DNA of 64,000 bases from Antedon mediterranea (Eukaryota > Animalia > Echinodermata): the NCBI RefSeq assembly GCF_964355755.1, contig NC_092674.1, positions 4,712,001 through 4,776,000 of the forward strand. The letters run 5' to 3'. The stretch's first letter is position 1. Every line of letters starts with the position of its first letter. Made by a program: the position numbers and the translations under genes. The notes below the pieces were generated by a model. The model ran no database searches, had not been told where the DNA came from, and saw only the letters and a list, made by a program, of their open reading frames with translations. This document shows positions 1-14,241 of this stretch, piece by piece.

Positions 1-271
1 ATTAAATACCGTTATTTGATTCTTTTTTGATAAAGTTGATAGGCCTAGGCCTAGTGTAGATCGACAACTTTTTAACATGAGCGGATATGACGTGAATGTA
101 GCGAAATCGTATCATCGAGCACTCTTCCGCGAGAGCAAGTGTAAACACAATAGTAGGGGCCCGAGGCCGGCTTTTTGGGTAAGTGTAAACACATTGCAGG
201 CTAAAAAGAAAGCCGGCGTTGGGCCGACTTCGGGCCGGCTAAGAAATCGTCGATGAAGTGTAAATGGGGTC
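1..271. mobile_element. Right end of a non-autonomous TIR DNA transposon, related to the element at 13636-14241
   Basis: Ends in AAGTGTAAATGGGGTC, the same terminus as 14226-14241. It also has subterminal GGCCGG-rich and AAGTGTAAAC repeats. Confidence 0.65.
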
Positions 272-1179
272 AAAGATGTGTGAAACACATAGTCAATAAA
301 TTAGCTCAGGAACATACTCTCTTGTCTTGAATCAACATAAAGCAGCTGCTACTGCAGGCCTCTTTTTTCAAACACACTTCATCATCATAATACAAAATAT
401 AGGGTGTCCTTAAGGCGTATCAATCCCCCGCAACTCATTAACATAAAGTGTAAAAATCAATACCCTATGTGATATTAATAGCTCAATCTAACACATTCAG
501 TTGTATAAAGAAATCAAATGAATACAAAATTCTTTATGGGTGTATTTAAATTTTAATTTCTTTATGTTAAACTAATGTTATATACTAATTTAATATACTG
601 TATTCTTTAAAGAATCTCATCTATTTATTTTAATTTAATTTTTATTGTTACATGTGTATGTCTCGTCATGTTGTATTTTTGTGAATGTTCCCTAATGATC
701 AGCTTCAGCCACCCTCGTAAAATATTGTTTCAATAAATAAATAAAATAATCTATATTGTCATCTTCAAAAAAAATAAAAAAGTTAGAACAAAAGTAGGGT
801 ACCGGTATATGCAAAAACTTGTTTAAACAGTTGCTCTATATGTGCACAATTATTTATAGCCTTTATTCATAGTAAAGAACTGTAATGCTACAATTAGTTG
901 GAGAGAAACTAATAAGGCTAACTGTTTTCTATAGTATTGTAGCTCCATGTAAATCAAAACAATAAAATGATTCTTAGAGTGAATGTAAAATAAACCCTAT
1001 AGGACACTGTATACACAGCTGTGAATTGTAGAATAAACATTTTCATTCATTAAAGTTAATTAAAATATATGTATAAGAAGATTTGTTGGAATTAGTATAA
1101 TTCTTATAAAGCAGGGGCTTTATCAAAAGTGATTTGATTTGAACTCACACCTGAACTTATTAGCATAAAATAACATAAT

Positions 1180-1335
1180 ATACTATCCAACTTTATGTGA
1201 CAAAACAATGTGATATGCCCATATATAGACATGATGATGTCATATAACTACCATATTTAAGCATATCACTATACCATATTTAGGCACTTCACATACTTTT
1301 TTTGTCAAACTAGTTTGGTAGTGTAGACAGAGCTT
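1180..1335. mobile_element. MITE family A copy (TIR AGCTCTGTCTACACTATCAAAC), left end degenerate
   Basis: Right TIR GTTTGGTAGTGTAGACAGAGCT and internal CATATCACTA(C)CATATTT repeats are shared with about 12 other copies. Confidence 0.75.
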
Positions 1336-2222
1336 AATACAGTTCTTATTTATATGTTGATCATTTCCATTGAACCAGTGTCACTCACAAAATTTACTGA
1401 GGTTCAGGAAACAAAGCAGAAAATGTTTAAAACCAAAAAAACATTTTTAGTTTTATTCACCATTTCCCAAACATGTGTAAGAATATAAGGCTCAATTAGT
1501 CCTGCGTAAATGTGTACCGGTAGTAAAAACTATTATCTACTGCAGCCCTTTCACATTCTCTTTAGTTCATAACATTAGGTTCATTTACAGGTATCTATCA
1601 GTGGTTTAAATTAGGCAAAACAGTTATACAATTGTGTGAACTGTATAAGCTACAGTACGGGCATGCTGAAGTCCAGTAGGCATCGACATTTTAAAAATGT
1701 ATAAAAGTTTATTCATTGTTTTACTTTCAGACAGTGGATACCCGTACCTGTTCTATTGAGTATACTAAACAAATAAAAGCAGTAGACGTACAAAAAGACT
1801 ATGTATACAGTAGGTTTATACAGCTTAGATACAGCTACAAAAACATCAAGCGAATGTTTACATGTTAGGGCGAGCATTTCAAAGCTGTTCTTTAACAATG
1901 CGTTTACTTGACTATGTTCACAGAGACCCAAATACCATGAGGCAATTAGTACCATTATTGTGTCTCATATAAACTGAAACGAGTACAATGAAATCCAAAA
2001 CATTTTTAGTGGCACCTTGGAGAATAGTAAAGCAGGAACTGTAGGTTGTCAGTAGGAATAGGCGAATAGCTCAACATGGGTAGACCTACTAATGACCTTA
2101 GGAGATCGGAATGCGATGAATAGCAACAGAGAAGATGTACAAAGAGAACAGAAACAGAAAGTGGAGGAACTTGATAATTTGTATTAATCTATATAATATT
2201 ATAGAGAAAATTATTATATTAT

Positions 2223-2540
2223 TTAAAGATGTACAGTATTGTCCCCTAAAAACATGAAAAATGAAGATTAGTAAGGTCATAAGATTGCATGTCATTTTGC
2301 AGTAATAAAGTTAATCATTTTCGTAGGGAAAAAAAAAATAAATAAAATAAACGGGTTAGATTCAACCAAAAACCCACTGATTTCCAGTAAATTTTTGAAA
2401 ATACAGTTTTTCGGGTAAAAATTTTTTTTTTTTCAATCCAATTTTTTATGAAAGTGATTTACTATTGTGACATTAATATGGCATATTTAAGAAAAAAAAT
2501 GTAATAAATTATTCTTTTGAGGGAACAATATATATTTAAA
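2223..2540. mobile_element. TTAA-flanked (Kolobok-like) MITE
   Basis: TTAAAGATGTA..TTGTCCC at the left end and GGGAACAATATATATTTAA at the right end. Related ends occur near 38828-38968, 44131 and 45387. Confidence 0.55.
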
Positions 2541-3738
2541 GTGGTCCAGATTGTAAAATGAAATAAAATATATATCTCTATATTATATGAAAACATATTT
2601 GTCAGATATTTTTAAAGAAAGCGGTCCCACTGTTTCTGCAAAAAATGCGGTTGAAACTAATACCAATGCTGTCTTCATTGGCAACGGAATTTAATCGACT
2701 ATTATATGGACGTGGTACGGAGAGTCAAATAGAATAAAGAAGGTCAAATCAGAGGGGGAAAACGGTCGAGAGAAACTGCCATATTTAAAAACAAGACCCA
2801 GCTACTGAAAATAAAAAGTAGCCTAGGGCAAGTGACTATTAGGTTTCCTGTATAGGTAGCTGTCAATGGACTAAAAACACCTGGCTGCTGTACCTACAAA
2901 ACGTGTTACCGTTACTAATGCTAGGCCTACCTGAAGCATTATTGAGTCACTATATTGTGCCTACAAACAAAATGTGTTACCATTACTAATAATAGGGTTA
3001 GCTTAAGCATTACTTGAGTCACAATACTGTATATCATAAATATACTGTATTCTATGTATATATAAGGTAATGCTATGATGATGAGACATTTTAAGCTTTA
3101 TCTGTTTGTAATATCATGAACTATACTGAATGTTATGTGTTTAACTAGCTCTATACAGAAAATGATATAAATATATGAAGCAAATGTACGCAATGGATCC
3201 ATAAATACTTTCACAAATAAATCACATTTACATTTTGGTTTTAACAATGCACACATGCAGTCATCTATCTAGCCTCCTTTGAATTTAGAATAATAATAAT
3301 ATTTTCTCAAGACAAAATCCTTTTAAGAGTAAACTTTTAGTTTTTTATAAAACCGAACACACAAAACTTTAACATATAAAACGCTTTTAAAATTGTAGAT
3401 TAAGAATAGTAATAATATTTTCTCAGCCTAAATAGGAGAAATATATGTTAGTTACTATGGTAATAGAAGTCAATTTCTCATTGAGTGTTCAAAATTCTAG
3501 ACACAAAGTCTGTGCCATAATGCTATTGGAATTACAAACTATTATTAACTATACTTATTTATTATATGCATTATGGTAATGAATCATGTGTCCTATCCTA
3601 TATAATGTGTCTAATATCTTATTACTGGAATGCTTCCATAATATATTTTCTTTTGACAATACAGTAGATGAAAACTAAAAATATAAAACAGTAAACCCAT
3701 ATCAACAGAAAACTTTCAAGACCAAATGAACAACCCTT

Positions 3739-3885
3739 AAGCTCTGTCTACACTATCAAACTAGTTTGACGAAAAAAGTGTGATGTGCCAAAATATGATA
3801 GTGATACAGTATACCCAAATATGGAAGAGATATGACATCGTCGTTTTTTCACATAAAGTTTGATACTGTAGTGTAGACAGGGTTT
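3739..3885. mobile_element. MITE family A copy
   Basis: AGCTCTGTCTACACTATCAAAC ... GTGTAGACAGGG inverted termini. Confidence 0.75.
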
Positions 3886-5933
3886 TACAGGGGTATCCAC
3901 TGAATATATTAATTATTAGCTGTAGTTTAAAAAAACATTATTTACCCTCTTATATGTTTCATGGGAGAGTATCCCCCCTACAGTAAATAGGTTGTCCGAA
4001 ATAAAGGTTCTATTGTATTTTTTCTATTTCTGTGGGTTTTTTTTTTACCAGGATTAATCAATATTTTTTAGAAATTAAACTATGTACCAGTATCTCACTT
4101 TCTTCACAATCTTAATTTTACTAGTGTTTATTTGTCAAGCAAAACTTTAAACAATAATGGCATCAAAATAAAGAATAAAGAAGTGTATTTACGCGGTCTT
4201 TGACCTGGTATGTTAAAGCCAAAAGCACTACCACAACTCACCTCAGTAGCCATACAATATAAATTATGTTTTATTCAGGCTAATTTGATAACCTAGAAAT
4301 TTAACATAAATGAATAAGATATCAAATTTGATGCGGTTTTAATCAATAACTTTATGTCTTGAGAATTTAAAACAATTACATTTTTTAGTAGAACCGTCAT
4401 AAAAAACCACAAGAGGAAATTGGTACATTAAATATGATTTAAGGTGACCGAGACGCTTCTTTTAAATTATCGTTTAATATATTACCATTTAGCATAAGTG
4501 ACCAATTTATTAATTTTATGGCGTAAATTTTAATAATTTTGCGCCGGTTTGGGTATAAAAAAAAAACAGAAAAAGGTTTAAACAGGAAACATAATGTAAT
4601 CTTGATCAAACTATTTGTAAAACATTTATAATCCGGTACTAAGGAAGATATAATTGGGAAAAAATGGATAACTAAGGTCAACAAGTTCAAGAGACAAAAA
4701 AGGAATAACAGAAAGTTTAAATGTATTACTGTACAGTACTTTAAAGATTTTATTAGACTTAATTTGCATATTTCAAAGAATTAAAATTGTTGAAGTCCAC
4801 TTGAAAGAACACCAGTATTACTGTATTATTACTTTAAGAACCAATATAATGATGTACTTTTCCTTCTCATTCAACAGAAAGCAAGTATTGTAATTAATAT
4901 AAATAAGCTTTTGAAATCTGTTGGTGTTTTTTTTAAGTTTTGAAAAGCAGTTCTAATTTATATGTTTACTGTAAAGTTTTAAAAATATGTTTCTAATCTT
5001 GATTTTAATGATGTAGCCACAAGAAAAGGAACAACGTCTATTCACTTTTCAAGCCACTGGGTTGTCAAACGCCTCTGTGAAAAAGTGGTCAGGTTCAAAC
5101 CTCACCATCCGTACTGGTGGCTACTTCCCTAAAGTTCCTATTACATAATTTTAAATTATAATATAATATCACATATTTTTGCAATGTATCAACAATTTCC
5201 GATTAATGAGTGACAGGCTGTGTATAGCACAATAAGGTAGGATAGTTATTGCAATTGATATCTCCAGTCTTACACAGACATGGATCAAGGCTATGGAAGC
5301 TTAATTAAGATACCTCAGCAATCTAACACCTTAACCTTTCATTATTACTACTAATGAGGTTGATATAAACAACTTCAGGGGGGAATAAAATCCATTAACA
5401 ATGACAGGTGAATTTAAATTATTTGCAGATGAATTTCAATTTTTATATAGGGAGCTATCAGTTTAGATGTAAAGTTGTAATTAAACTTAAACTATGAATA
5501 GTTAGAAGGGGTGTCTAAGAAAATGTTATCTTTTCATATCATGGCTATCTATCTAGTGAGCACATTCAATTCTGTTGTTGGTTTATCAAGGCATGAAATA
5601 GACTATACAGTAAGTATAACTAATTTAAAAATATTATTTAATAGGTTCAAATACAGTATTATATGGAAAAAAAGTTACTGTTAAATACCACCATTTGTTT
5701 ATATACTAAAATTATAAAATGTAAAAAATATATAGCTTAGTCAGCAAAGATTGTACAGTATATCTATGTACACAGTACTACTTTTAATAATATTAACCTA
5801 ATATTTATTTAATTTGATATATATAAACACAGTAGGCAAAGAACATTAATTCTAAACCGCCCGGTGATATACTGAAATTTAGTTAATTAATTTGAAACGA
5901 TAAAGATGAGGAAATCTGTGAGAATGAGAAAAA

Positions 5934-6000
5934 GTGGCCCCAACCGAGACTTGAACTCGGACCGTCTGCTTGATATGCAGTTGCCCTAACCATTAGACCA
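5934..6000 (-). pseudogene. tRNA-like sequence (pseudogene or SINE head)
   Basis: The reverse complement has an A box TGGTCTAATGG, an anticodon-like stem CTGC/GCAG, a T arm CCGAG-TTCAAGT-CTCGG and then TTTT. The 5' acceptor strand is missing. Confidence 0.5.
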
Positions 6001-7569
6001 TATAGATATATAGCACAAAATAAATAAAATAAAAGAAAACAGTAAGATGTAACTTATTGAATTGAAACAACTTCTTCTTTAGCTTTTTAAGACACACGTA
6101 AAATCCATCTATATCAAACACATTAGAAGTGAAATACGATCATCTCATGTCTAAATGTTAGCCTCCAATAGTGTTAGTAATGTGAATATTTCAATGTTGA
6201 GTCTGGGGATGTTTTATGAGGTTTTTACAAGCTGATCAGTGGTACCGCTTAAGAAGTAAATCTACTACTAACTTCTCCAATAATTCAAAGAAAACCCAGG
6301 AGAATACTGCACTTGCTCATCAATCTGTTTCAGCTATAATAAATACAACATTTCAAATCTCTTAGATAGTTAGAGATGAAGTACCTGGTCAATCAAAAAT
6401 GTTTAGGTTAAAAAAATAATATAGAGAAAAGACATTTATTCAAACTGCCAAAGTTAAGCCCTATTTATTATAGTTTTACTACAGAAAATTACACAAACCA
6501 ACAGTGGTGTTGGTAGTCTATGAGTGCTGCTTATCATCTCTTTTCCTAATTGTATCCTCTCTTCGGAGAGAGTGGGCTATATTGTCGGTTTATCCAGGTA
6601 AGGTGGCACGAAATAGACAGGTCTTTTTTTAGATACAGTATAACAATTTATAAAATAAGTATCACTTGAATAGGGTTTGGCCAAACATAGTTTGTTGATC
6701 ATTTGTTTCATATAGTAAGTGTTTCCTTAATAGAGGTGTCTCCTTAATAATGGAGGCTGTACTATAGAAGATAACAAAATTAAAGATAAATTTGATCTGG
6801 TAAAGTTGCCTTAACATTTCAATTTAATTTATATTTGATTTAGTATAGAAAGAAAAGTTCTGTTTATTACATGAACAATGATTTCACTATAAGTTTGCGA
6901 GCGCCGGAAGTACTGTACTTAAAACAATTATTATAAGCAATCAATCACGATTACAAATAGCTTAAAAAAAAATCCTAAATAGGTTATGAAAATATTGGTC
7001 AACAAATCGACTTTGGTAGCAGACACAATTTAGGAATGAAGAAATTGGAATAAAACTTAAAACAAACCAGTGTACTTTCTATAAATATTTGGCAACATAA
7101 ATATGTTTTAAAATATAAAAACTGAATAATGGCCTCCTGTATGTCGGTTTATCTGAGTATCTCAACACACTAAAATTTCTTCCATGTAAATACAGTATAT
7201 AAGAAAATACGCCAATGAAATAAGGCAATAAAAACTGAATAATGACCAATGTCAGTTTATCCAGGTAAGCTAGGCACGACACAACAAACTAAAATGTATG
7301 TCTTCCCTGTAAATACAGTCACATAACAAAATATTTTATAACACCAATGAGATTAGGCTATAAGAACATTAAAGCTGCAAACATTCTGCAAAATGTGTAC
7401 ATTATGATACATACAAAATCTGATAAAATGTTAAGAGGATTAACAATCCTTAGAGATATCAAAACATGGTCCATAAATCATAAAGTAGCAACAATAAGCT
7501 TCGGAAGCGAGTCTAAAAGTAAAGCGGATGAAAGGATTTGTTAACAGAATTTTTGTAAGATACAAACCC

Positions 7570-8112
7570 TAAGCTCAAACTACACTATCAAATTTTATGT
7601 GACAACAAAATGTGATTTGCCTATAGAGTATCACGGTGTGACATCACAACAATAGAGGGCGCTGCATGATTGCTAGACAACCAAAAAATGCGTTCAGCGC
7701 TACTATGTTGATAAAACAGTAAAGATCTGTATTTCTATCAAATTATGTATCTTAGCTTGATTTTTTTTAAACTTAAACTGTAGTTGAAGAATAAATAGAT
7801 TATTAAAAACAAATATTTAGTGATCTTTTGAAATTTTAGTTTGTTTTTATTGAAAATTATTAAGTTTTAAAATGACTACTTCAATAAGCCTATTCCAAAC
7901 CATTGGTGATCTTGGAGTCACTCAGACAGGCTGAACGCATTTTTGGTTGCGCTAGCAACCACGCAGCGCCACCTACCGTCGTGACGTCAGCACCGTGATA
8001 CTCTATATATGAACATGATGATGTCATGTATCACTACCAAATTTGGGCATATCACTACCATATTTGGACACATCACACTTTTTTTTAGTCAAACTAGTGT
8101 AGACAACAGAGC
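7570..8112. mobile_element. MITE family A copy interrupted by a nested element
   Basis: Left part AAGCTCAAACTACACTATCAAA at 7570-7621. The family sequence resumes at about 8008 and ends with GTGTAGACA at about 8105. Confidence 0.7.
7626..8003. mobile_element. Long-TIR non-autonomous DNA transposon (GAG...CTC termini, TATA flanks; Sola-like)
   Basis: Imperfect TIRs of about 72 bp: GAGTATCACGGTG...ATGCGTTCAGC and GCTGAACGCAT...CACCGTGATACTC. TATA lies on both sides. Confidence 0.7.
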
Positions 8113-8162
8113 AATAGAAATAACAATTGAATATAACTTCATAAGCTGTATAGTACTGCAGG

Positions 8163-9126
8163 TAGACTTGCCCCAAGTCTGTATTTATTGTCTTTTTTTT
8201 ATTTATTTGTTTTTATTTCGACCGCGATTTTTGTCTGAAAATACAGACTTGTGAAACACGTATAGAAATCGATTTGCAAACCGCAAACATCCGATAAGAA
8301 TGACGTAGTTTATCATACCGTATTTGGCTATATGGGGCGGGCGGTATGTAAATATGGATTTCGAATCAACCAATGATCATTTTGTTTCAAAATGAAAAAG
8401 ATCAAGTACGTACGCACAGTGTGCTGAATGTACGATCGAGACTGAACAACTGTTGAAATATAAAATCGTGTTGCCAAGTTGTTTATTAATTGTTCTGGCC
8501 TAGGCCTCCTTCGTAGGCGGGTTCGTAGGGCTACTCAACTCGTACGTATGACCTTCCAAATAAAACGCCAATAAGGTACATACCACTACCGACCGGCACA
8601 CAACAGGGCTACACCACCATCCACACAGAACAGGACTGGGTCTGGGTGGGAATTAAATCAAATTTTCTCCGCATAATAAATGATCCATTCAATGTTTGAT
8701 TTGGCGGAGAAGCTTATAGCCTATCATATCACGACGAGTTTTCATGTTCTTGGGAAAAATCTCATCAAATGTTTACCAGACTACTACTAGGCATATAAAA
8801 TCATTTTTAGCCTTCAGAAACTTTCATCAATGTACCCAAGTACACATTGTCTAAACGTAACATAGCGCATGCGCATCGTCTTAGACGTTGAGTCTTTGAA
8901 ATTCTGAAATATGAATATTAAAACGACGTACGAGTGAGTAGCCAATGGCATGCGGCTGAAACTAGTCAACTGGATAATTTATGCACCAAGAATTCTTGGT
9001 GTCAAACCACGTGACTTATGCGTGTTTCCCCAGACGGAGTATCCAAACTCAAGTAATACACGTATGAAACGCCATATGTGCAAAAATATTTATATTTTTA
9101 CAAAACTCCGTCTGGAGCCCAGACTA
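8163..9126. mobile_element. Non-autonomous AcademH-like DNA transposon
   Basis: TAG...CTA termini and a perfect 9-bp TSD TACTGCAGG at 8154-8162 and 9127-9135. A second short copy lies at 55285-55446. Confidence 0.7.
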
Positions 9127-11747
9127 TACTGCAGGCTTTAAAAATAAACTTCACATATAAACATTCGATGAGTGGGAAAAAATGAAGGCCTATCTTCGAT
9201 CAACACAATTACATCCATAACATGAGGACAAGGTTTAAAAAAACACTGTGCCTAAAAATACTACTGTACTATTCAACCAATTAAACTAGTAGTATGGCCA
9301 ATACTTAATTAGATAAAGACAAGATATAGTGTTGATACAATACAGGTCATATTTCTCTACTATTGCTTTCAACACTGCATTCTATATTCTGTATAATTGT
9401 CCGAGGTGGCCCAATTACTTTGAAAAAATAGGTAGAAAATCCCAACAGACTCACAAACATTTATAACTTCTTTTGCTAGAAAAGATTTACCTAATAATGT
9501 ATGATACAAAAGTACAAAGGTCCTGGGCCAAGTATAGGTGATGTGTTGAACTTCCGTCAGTGACGAGTTAATTGGTATTCACAATGGGAGATGTTCAATT
9601 TTTGTTCTAAACTTCAGGGAAAATATCTAATTGAATATATTTTATTTCGTTTAGGTGACACTGTGTAATTGGTTACTGACCTCTACAGAATTTTGGGTTT
9701 ATGTACCAAAGTAGCTAATAACATTAAGAATATAACAATTGGTACAGTATAATAGTAACTGCTGTGTAACTAACTTTAATTTAACTAATTTGTAATTTAT
9801 TATACAAATTGTTAATAGTTCTATTGTTTGAAGGTTTGCAAGGTAAATTACATTAAAGCAAATTATTTTATTTATATGTAGGCATATTTTTATGATTTTT
9901 AATAACAAGTGTAAACAAAGTTTTTGACAAGTCATGACAGTGCATTTGTCGTAAGATGTCAGGCAGGATTCGAACCTGAGACCATTGAATTGGTGCCTAG
10001 CACCTAAACTTGCCTTCCTCAATGTTAATGTACTATTTAACATGGAGTTACTCCACTGTTAACATGTACAAAATTAGCATGTTGTTTTGATAGAAGTATA
10101 CAATTTTCGAAAAAATTTCCACCCAGTCGCCAAATATCTCATAAAGTTTGTAATGTCACATGTAATTTACAAACATTGTTGGTTGTAAACAGTCAGTGAT
10201 GAAAAATTGGTGCCTCTGAGATAGGGTTCACTGCACTAATTTGTCACATAGAAAATCAAGGAATGTCACTAAAAACTGCTGAAAAATTTATTTGAAAAAC
10301 AGTTAGCTTTCCTGTATTAGTAACTTGTGTACAGTATTCATTACTGTATATAGATGAATATATGGAAGACAGAATCACTGGAAAGTGATATTAATAATCT
10401 GTGTACAGCACAGCAATGTTAGGGTACTGTATACAGACAAAAATGGAAAATGAAATCACTGAAAACAAATGATTACATAGCTGATAGTTAGCTACATTGT
10501 GTGTTGCTATTCTACTTTCCATAGTTATATATTATATCATATATTCCATATATGGACATAATAATGTCAACATTTTTGGGCACATCATTACTATATATTA
10601 TTATATAAACTAGTTTGATAGTGTAGACAGATCAATATTGGTCAATGCTGATCATTTCAGGAAGGCAATTTGGAAAGCAACATAAAAAAACAACAGGAGG
10701 TTGAATTCATCAACAATTAACTGCGTTAATGTTACTAGGTTATGGAGGCACTATGCTCACATGGATGTGACATAATTCAGTTATTTAATAAGCCCAGCAG
10801 TACGATAATGTTTAAATTGAATTACTGTACTTTACTGTAAATAGTCATCAATTTAAATATTGAATCTCAAATAATTTTCGGTTTTAAGAATATATGATAA
10901 GTAGACCTAATTATTTATATAATAATAACTGGTTATTTTTTTTAATGAAATTTAAAGTTCGAACTAATTATTTTTATATTATACTACTGTGTGCAGTTAA
11001 TATTTAAGTTATTTTGCCTATTTCACATTTTCTTATCTTTGATTTATCAATTGAGATATCTATGTAATTTAATAACTATAGGATAATTTAATAAATTCCA
11101 CATCATATTCATTATATAGATTACCTGACAGATGACAAACCTGCCTCTAGGTCATATACAGTATATACCGATCAATTATGTCTATATTTATTATATAGAT
11201 GAGATATTAAAATTATATATAGTGTATGCTGTTATACAATTTAAAACAGCTCATCCATGATAAAATACTATAAAATTGATTATTATAGTAATGGGGAATA
11301 ATAGTCAATGCTATAAGAGGGAGTAAAAATTAAGTTATTGAACGTGTATAACATAATAAATACTGTATTGATTGGAATTGGTAAAATTACTTGATTTAAC
11401 ACAAACATATAATCTACGAGCATACTGCATCTGTTCTGAGGGTCCCAAATGATCAGCAAATGCTGGATGGATCACCCTCATTAAATATGGTTAAAATAAA
11501 TAAATAAAAAATAAATCAAGCAAAAATTCACCTTGGCTAAACACCTCCATTGAACTTCTAACTATTGAACTAATGAAACTGTCTTGAAAGTAGTTTAATT
11601 GGTTTATTTTGATGGAAAGATATTGTTTTAGTGTCTTTAATTTTAACTAGTATTTGTAAGCCTTGTAAAACATAAGACTAGTCCACACACCAATTCACAA
11701 GCAGGACATATCTCAACATTAATATAGAATGTAGATTGACATTTCTA

Positions 11748-11910
11748 ATGCTTTGTCCACACTATCAAAACCTTATGTGACAAAAAAAATGTGATGTGTC
11801 CATATTGATATGATGAGGTCATATCACTACAATATTTAAGAATATCACTACCATATTTTGGCAAATCACACTTTTTTTTCCAAAGTAGTTTGATAGTGTA
11901 GACAGAGCTT
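11748..11910. mobile_element. MITE family A copy
   Basis: GCTTTGTCCACACTATCAAA ... TTTGATAGTGTAGACAGAGC inverted termini. Confidence 0.8.
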
Positions 11911-13635
11911 AAGAACATGATTTTGTAAAGTTAGTATGATGATAGTTAGGTAAAATAGTATTTCAGTCAATAAATGTTACAGCTAACTAACCATTGCACA
12001 ATGATACCTCAAAATAACTACTATTTTATAACAAGTTAAAATGGATAAGAAAAAAAAACAATGAGATAGATAACAAAATACTATAATTATTTTGACGATT
12101 GTCAGAACAACTCATGTAACATGAGAAGAAGTACAAACTTGTGACTTTCTCACCCGCTGTGTTTTTCGTGAGTGTGACACAATACTCCACAAAAACCTTC
12201 TGGTTCATATAAATATTGTTACCATTTTGTGATAAATATGAAATGAATGATATTGATATATTCCCATTTAAAGTTTGCACAGTGACATACAAAGACAAAA
12301 CTCACCTGTATACCAGATGTTGACAAGAAGAGATGATTGTTTGTAATATGAAAAGAAAAAAAATAATATAGGCTAGTACAATTAAAAACATGGTTTAAAA
12401 ATTCAATAGATTTAACACATTTATTAAATTAAAATTTAAAAATTGATTTAATCGATTCATAATACAGTGGATTAGAACTCCTTTCGAAAGTGTCTCTTTA
12501 ATAGGGGTGTCACAAAAGCCTATTGTCCCTCATTCTTTATATGAGAAAGAGTCCTTTTTTATTATTGGTACTCTCCTTTTAAACAAAGAAACTTTAACTG
12601 AACTCATAACAAGTACATTTTAAATACAAAAAAGTACTTTATTTATGCATCTGTATGTCCTCTATAACATATATCATTACATTATACACAAAAATATCGA
12701 AATTGTTACATATTATCTCAAGATAAAATATTTCTATAAAAAGTAAGCCTTAAATTATAAACCAACATTAAGGTTACTTTTTACAAGTTTTATAATATAT
12801 TAACATGGATGAACTTAGTATAAAAGTAGGTTATCTTAATGTCAGAACATTGAGAATAAGTGACATAAAGATCACTGCGTTCAAAGCCGAAAGTCAGTAT
12901 TCTATAAACACATAATGCATTATGCAATAAAAGTGAAAACATCCTTAAAGGTATCTATATGATTGGCTATTCATATTAATTTACATTACAGTAGAATCCC
13001 TATTTTAAAGCTCTGTTTAAACACATTATATGACAAAAAAGTGTGATATGCCCAAATATGATATATGGGCACATTTTTTTTCACATAAAGTTTGATAGTG
13101 CAGACAGATGGTTTGGGACCAAACAAAAGTGTCCCTTTAATAGGTACAGTATATCCTCTGGATAGTGTAGTGCCACTGTATTACACAATTTGCCAATATA
13201 AATACTGGACAGATAATGCCCTACGTGGATATACATTAGAGAATCAGGCGCAAGTGCCGATGGGCCATGAAATCTGATGAAATTTTCAAAAACTGTAATG
13301 ATGTATTATACCAACTTTTTAATATGACATACAATATTAAAGATATTCTTCACATGTGATATTATGATCTCATAGGAATACTGTATGTATAAAAATTAAT
13401 AGTTCTAAACTCCACCTTTGACATTAAAATGCTTTGTTAGGTACATACTTGTCTTAAAATGAGATATGAGATATGTTATACTATATTTACTACATTCAAA
13501 GAGCAGTTCTTAATCAGATAAAAAATGTATGTTAAAATATGTGGTACCACACTCCTTAAAAATGAATATTCTAAAATGATTTCTAGGTTATTATTAAAGT
13601 AGGAAAATACTCTTAAAACAATTTCTATTCTCATA

Positions 13636-14241
13636 GACCCCATTTACACTTACAATTTAGGCCGGCCCTGGGTCGGCAATTGATAAGTGTAAATACTCCA
13701 AAAAGTTAGGCCGGCCCTGGGCCGGACGCAGATCTGGGCCACCTCTCCAGGTAGGTTCAGGAGCGGCTTTTACGTTTGACCTTTTTATGAGGTTGTCGTT
13801 ATGACGATCCGACATTCTCAGTACATACCTTCCTCCTTTTCGGGCGACAATTTGTTTTCTTCATTATATAGTTAAATTTATTTTTAGACATCTTCTTTCA
13901 ATAAAGTATTCCTCCGCTTGTTTCGCATATACATAAAATATAGCCATATTATATATAAAACAGTGGGGTTCATTTTGTTTTTAATGGGACAAAAAACAAC
14001 AATTTATACAGTATAAATATAAAACGGTCGGTTCGCGCGGAGAGTTGAATTGACGATCGAGAGAGAAAAATGTAAACAAACTGTACTTCGTATCCCAGCA
14101 TGCAATGGTACTTCCGATAAAATTATTTACGACCAGTAATCTGCGTCGCTAGTGTAAACGCTCTGGGGCCGGCCTAAAAGGTAAATATTTGCAACCGGCC
14201 CAGGACCGGCCCTGGACCCAAACGTAAGTGTAAATGGGGTC
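13636..14241. mobile_element. Non-autonomous TIR DNA transposon (PIF/Harbinger-like)
   Basis: Perfect TIRs GACCCCATTTACACTTAC / GTAAGTGTAAATGGGGTC, with subterminal GGCCGGCCC(T)GG repeats at both ends. Confidence 0.75.
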
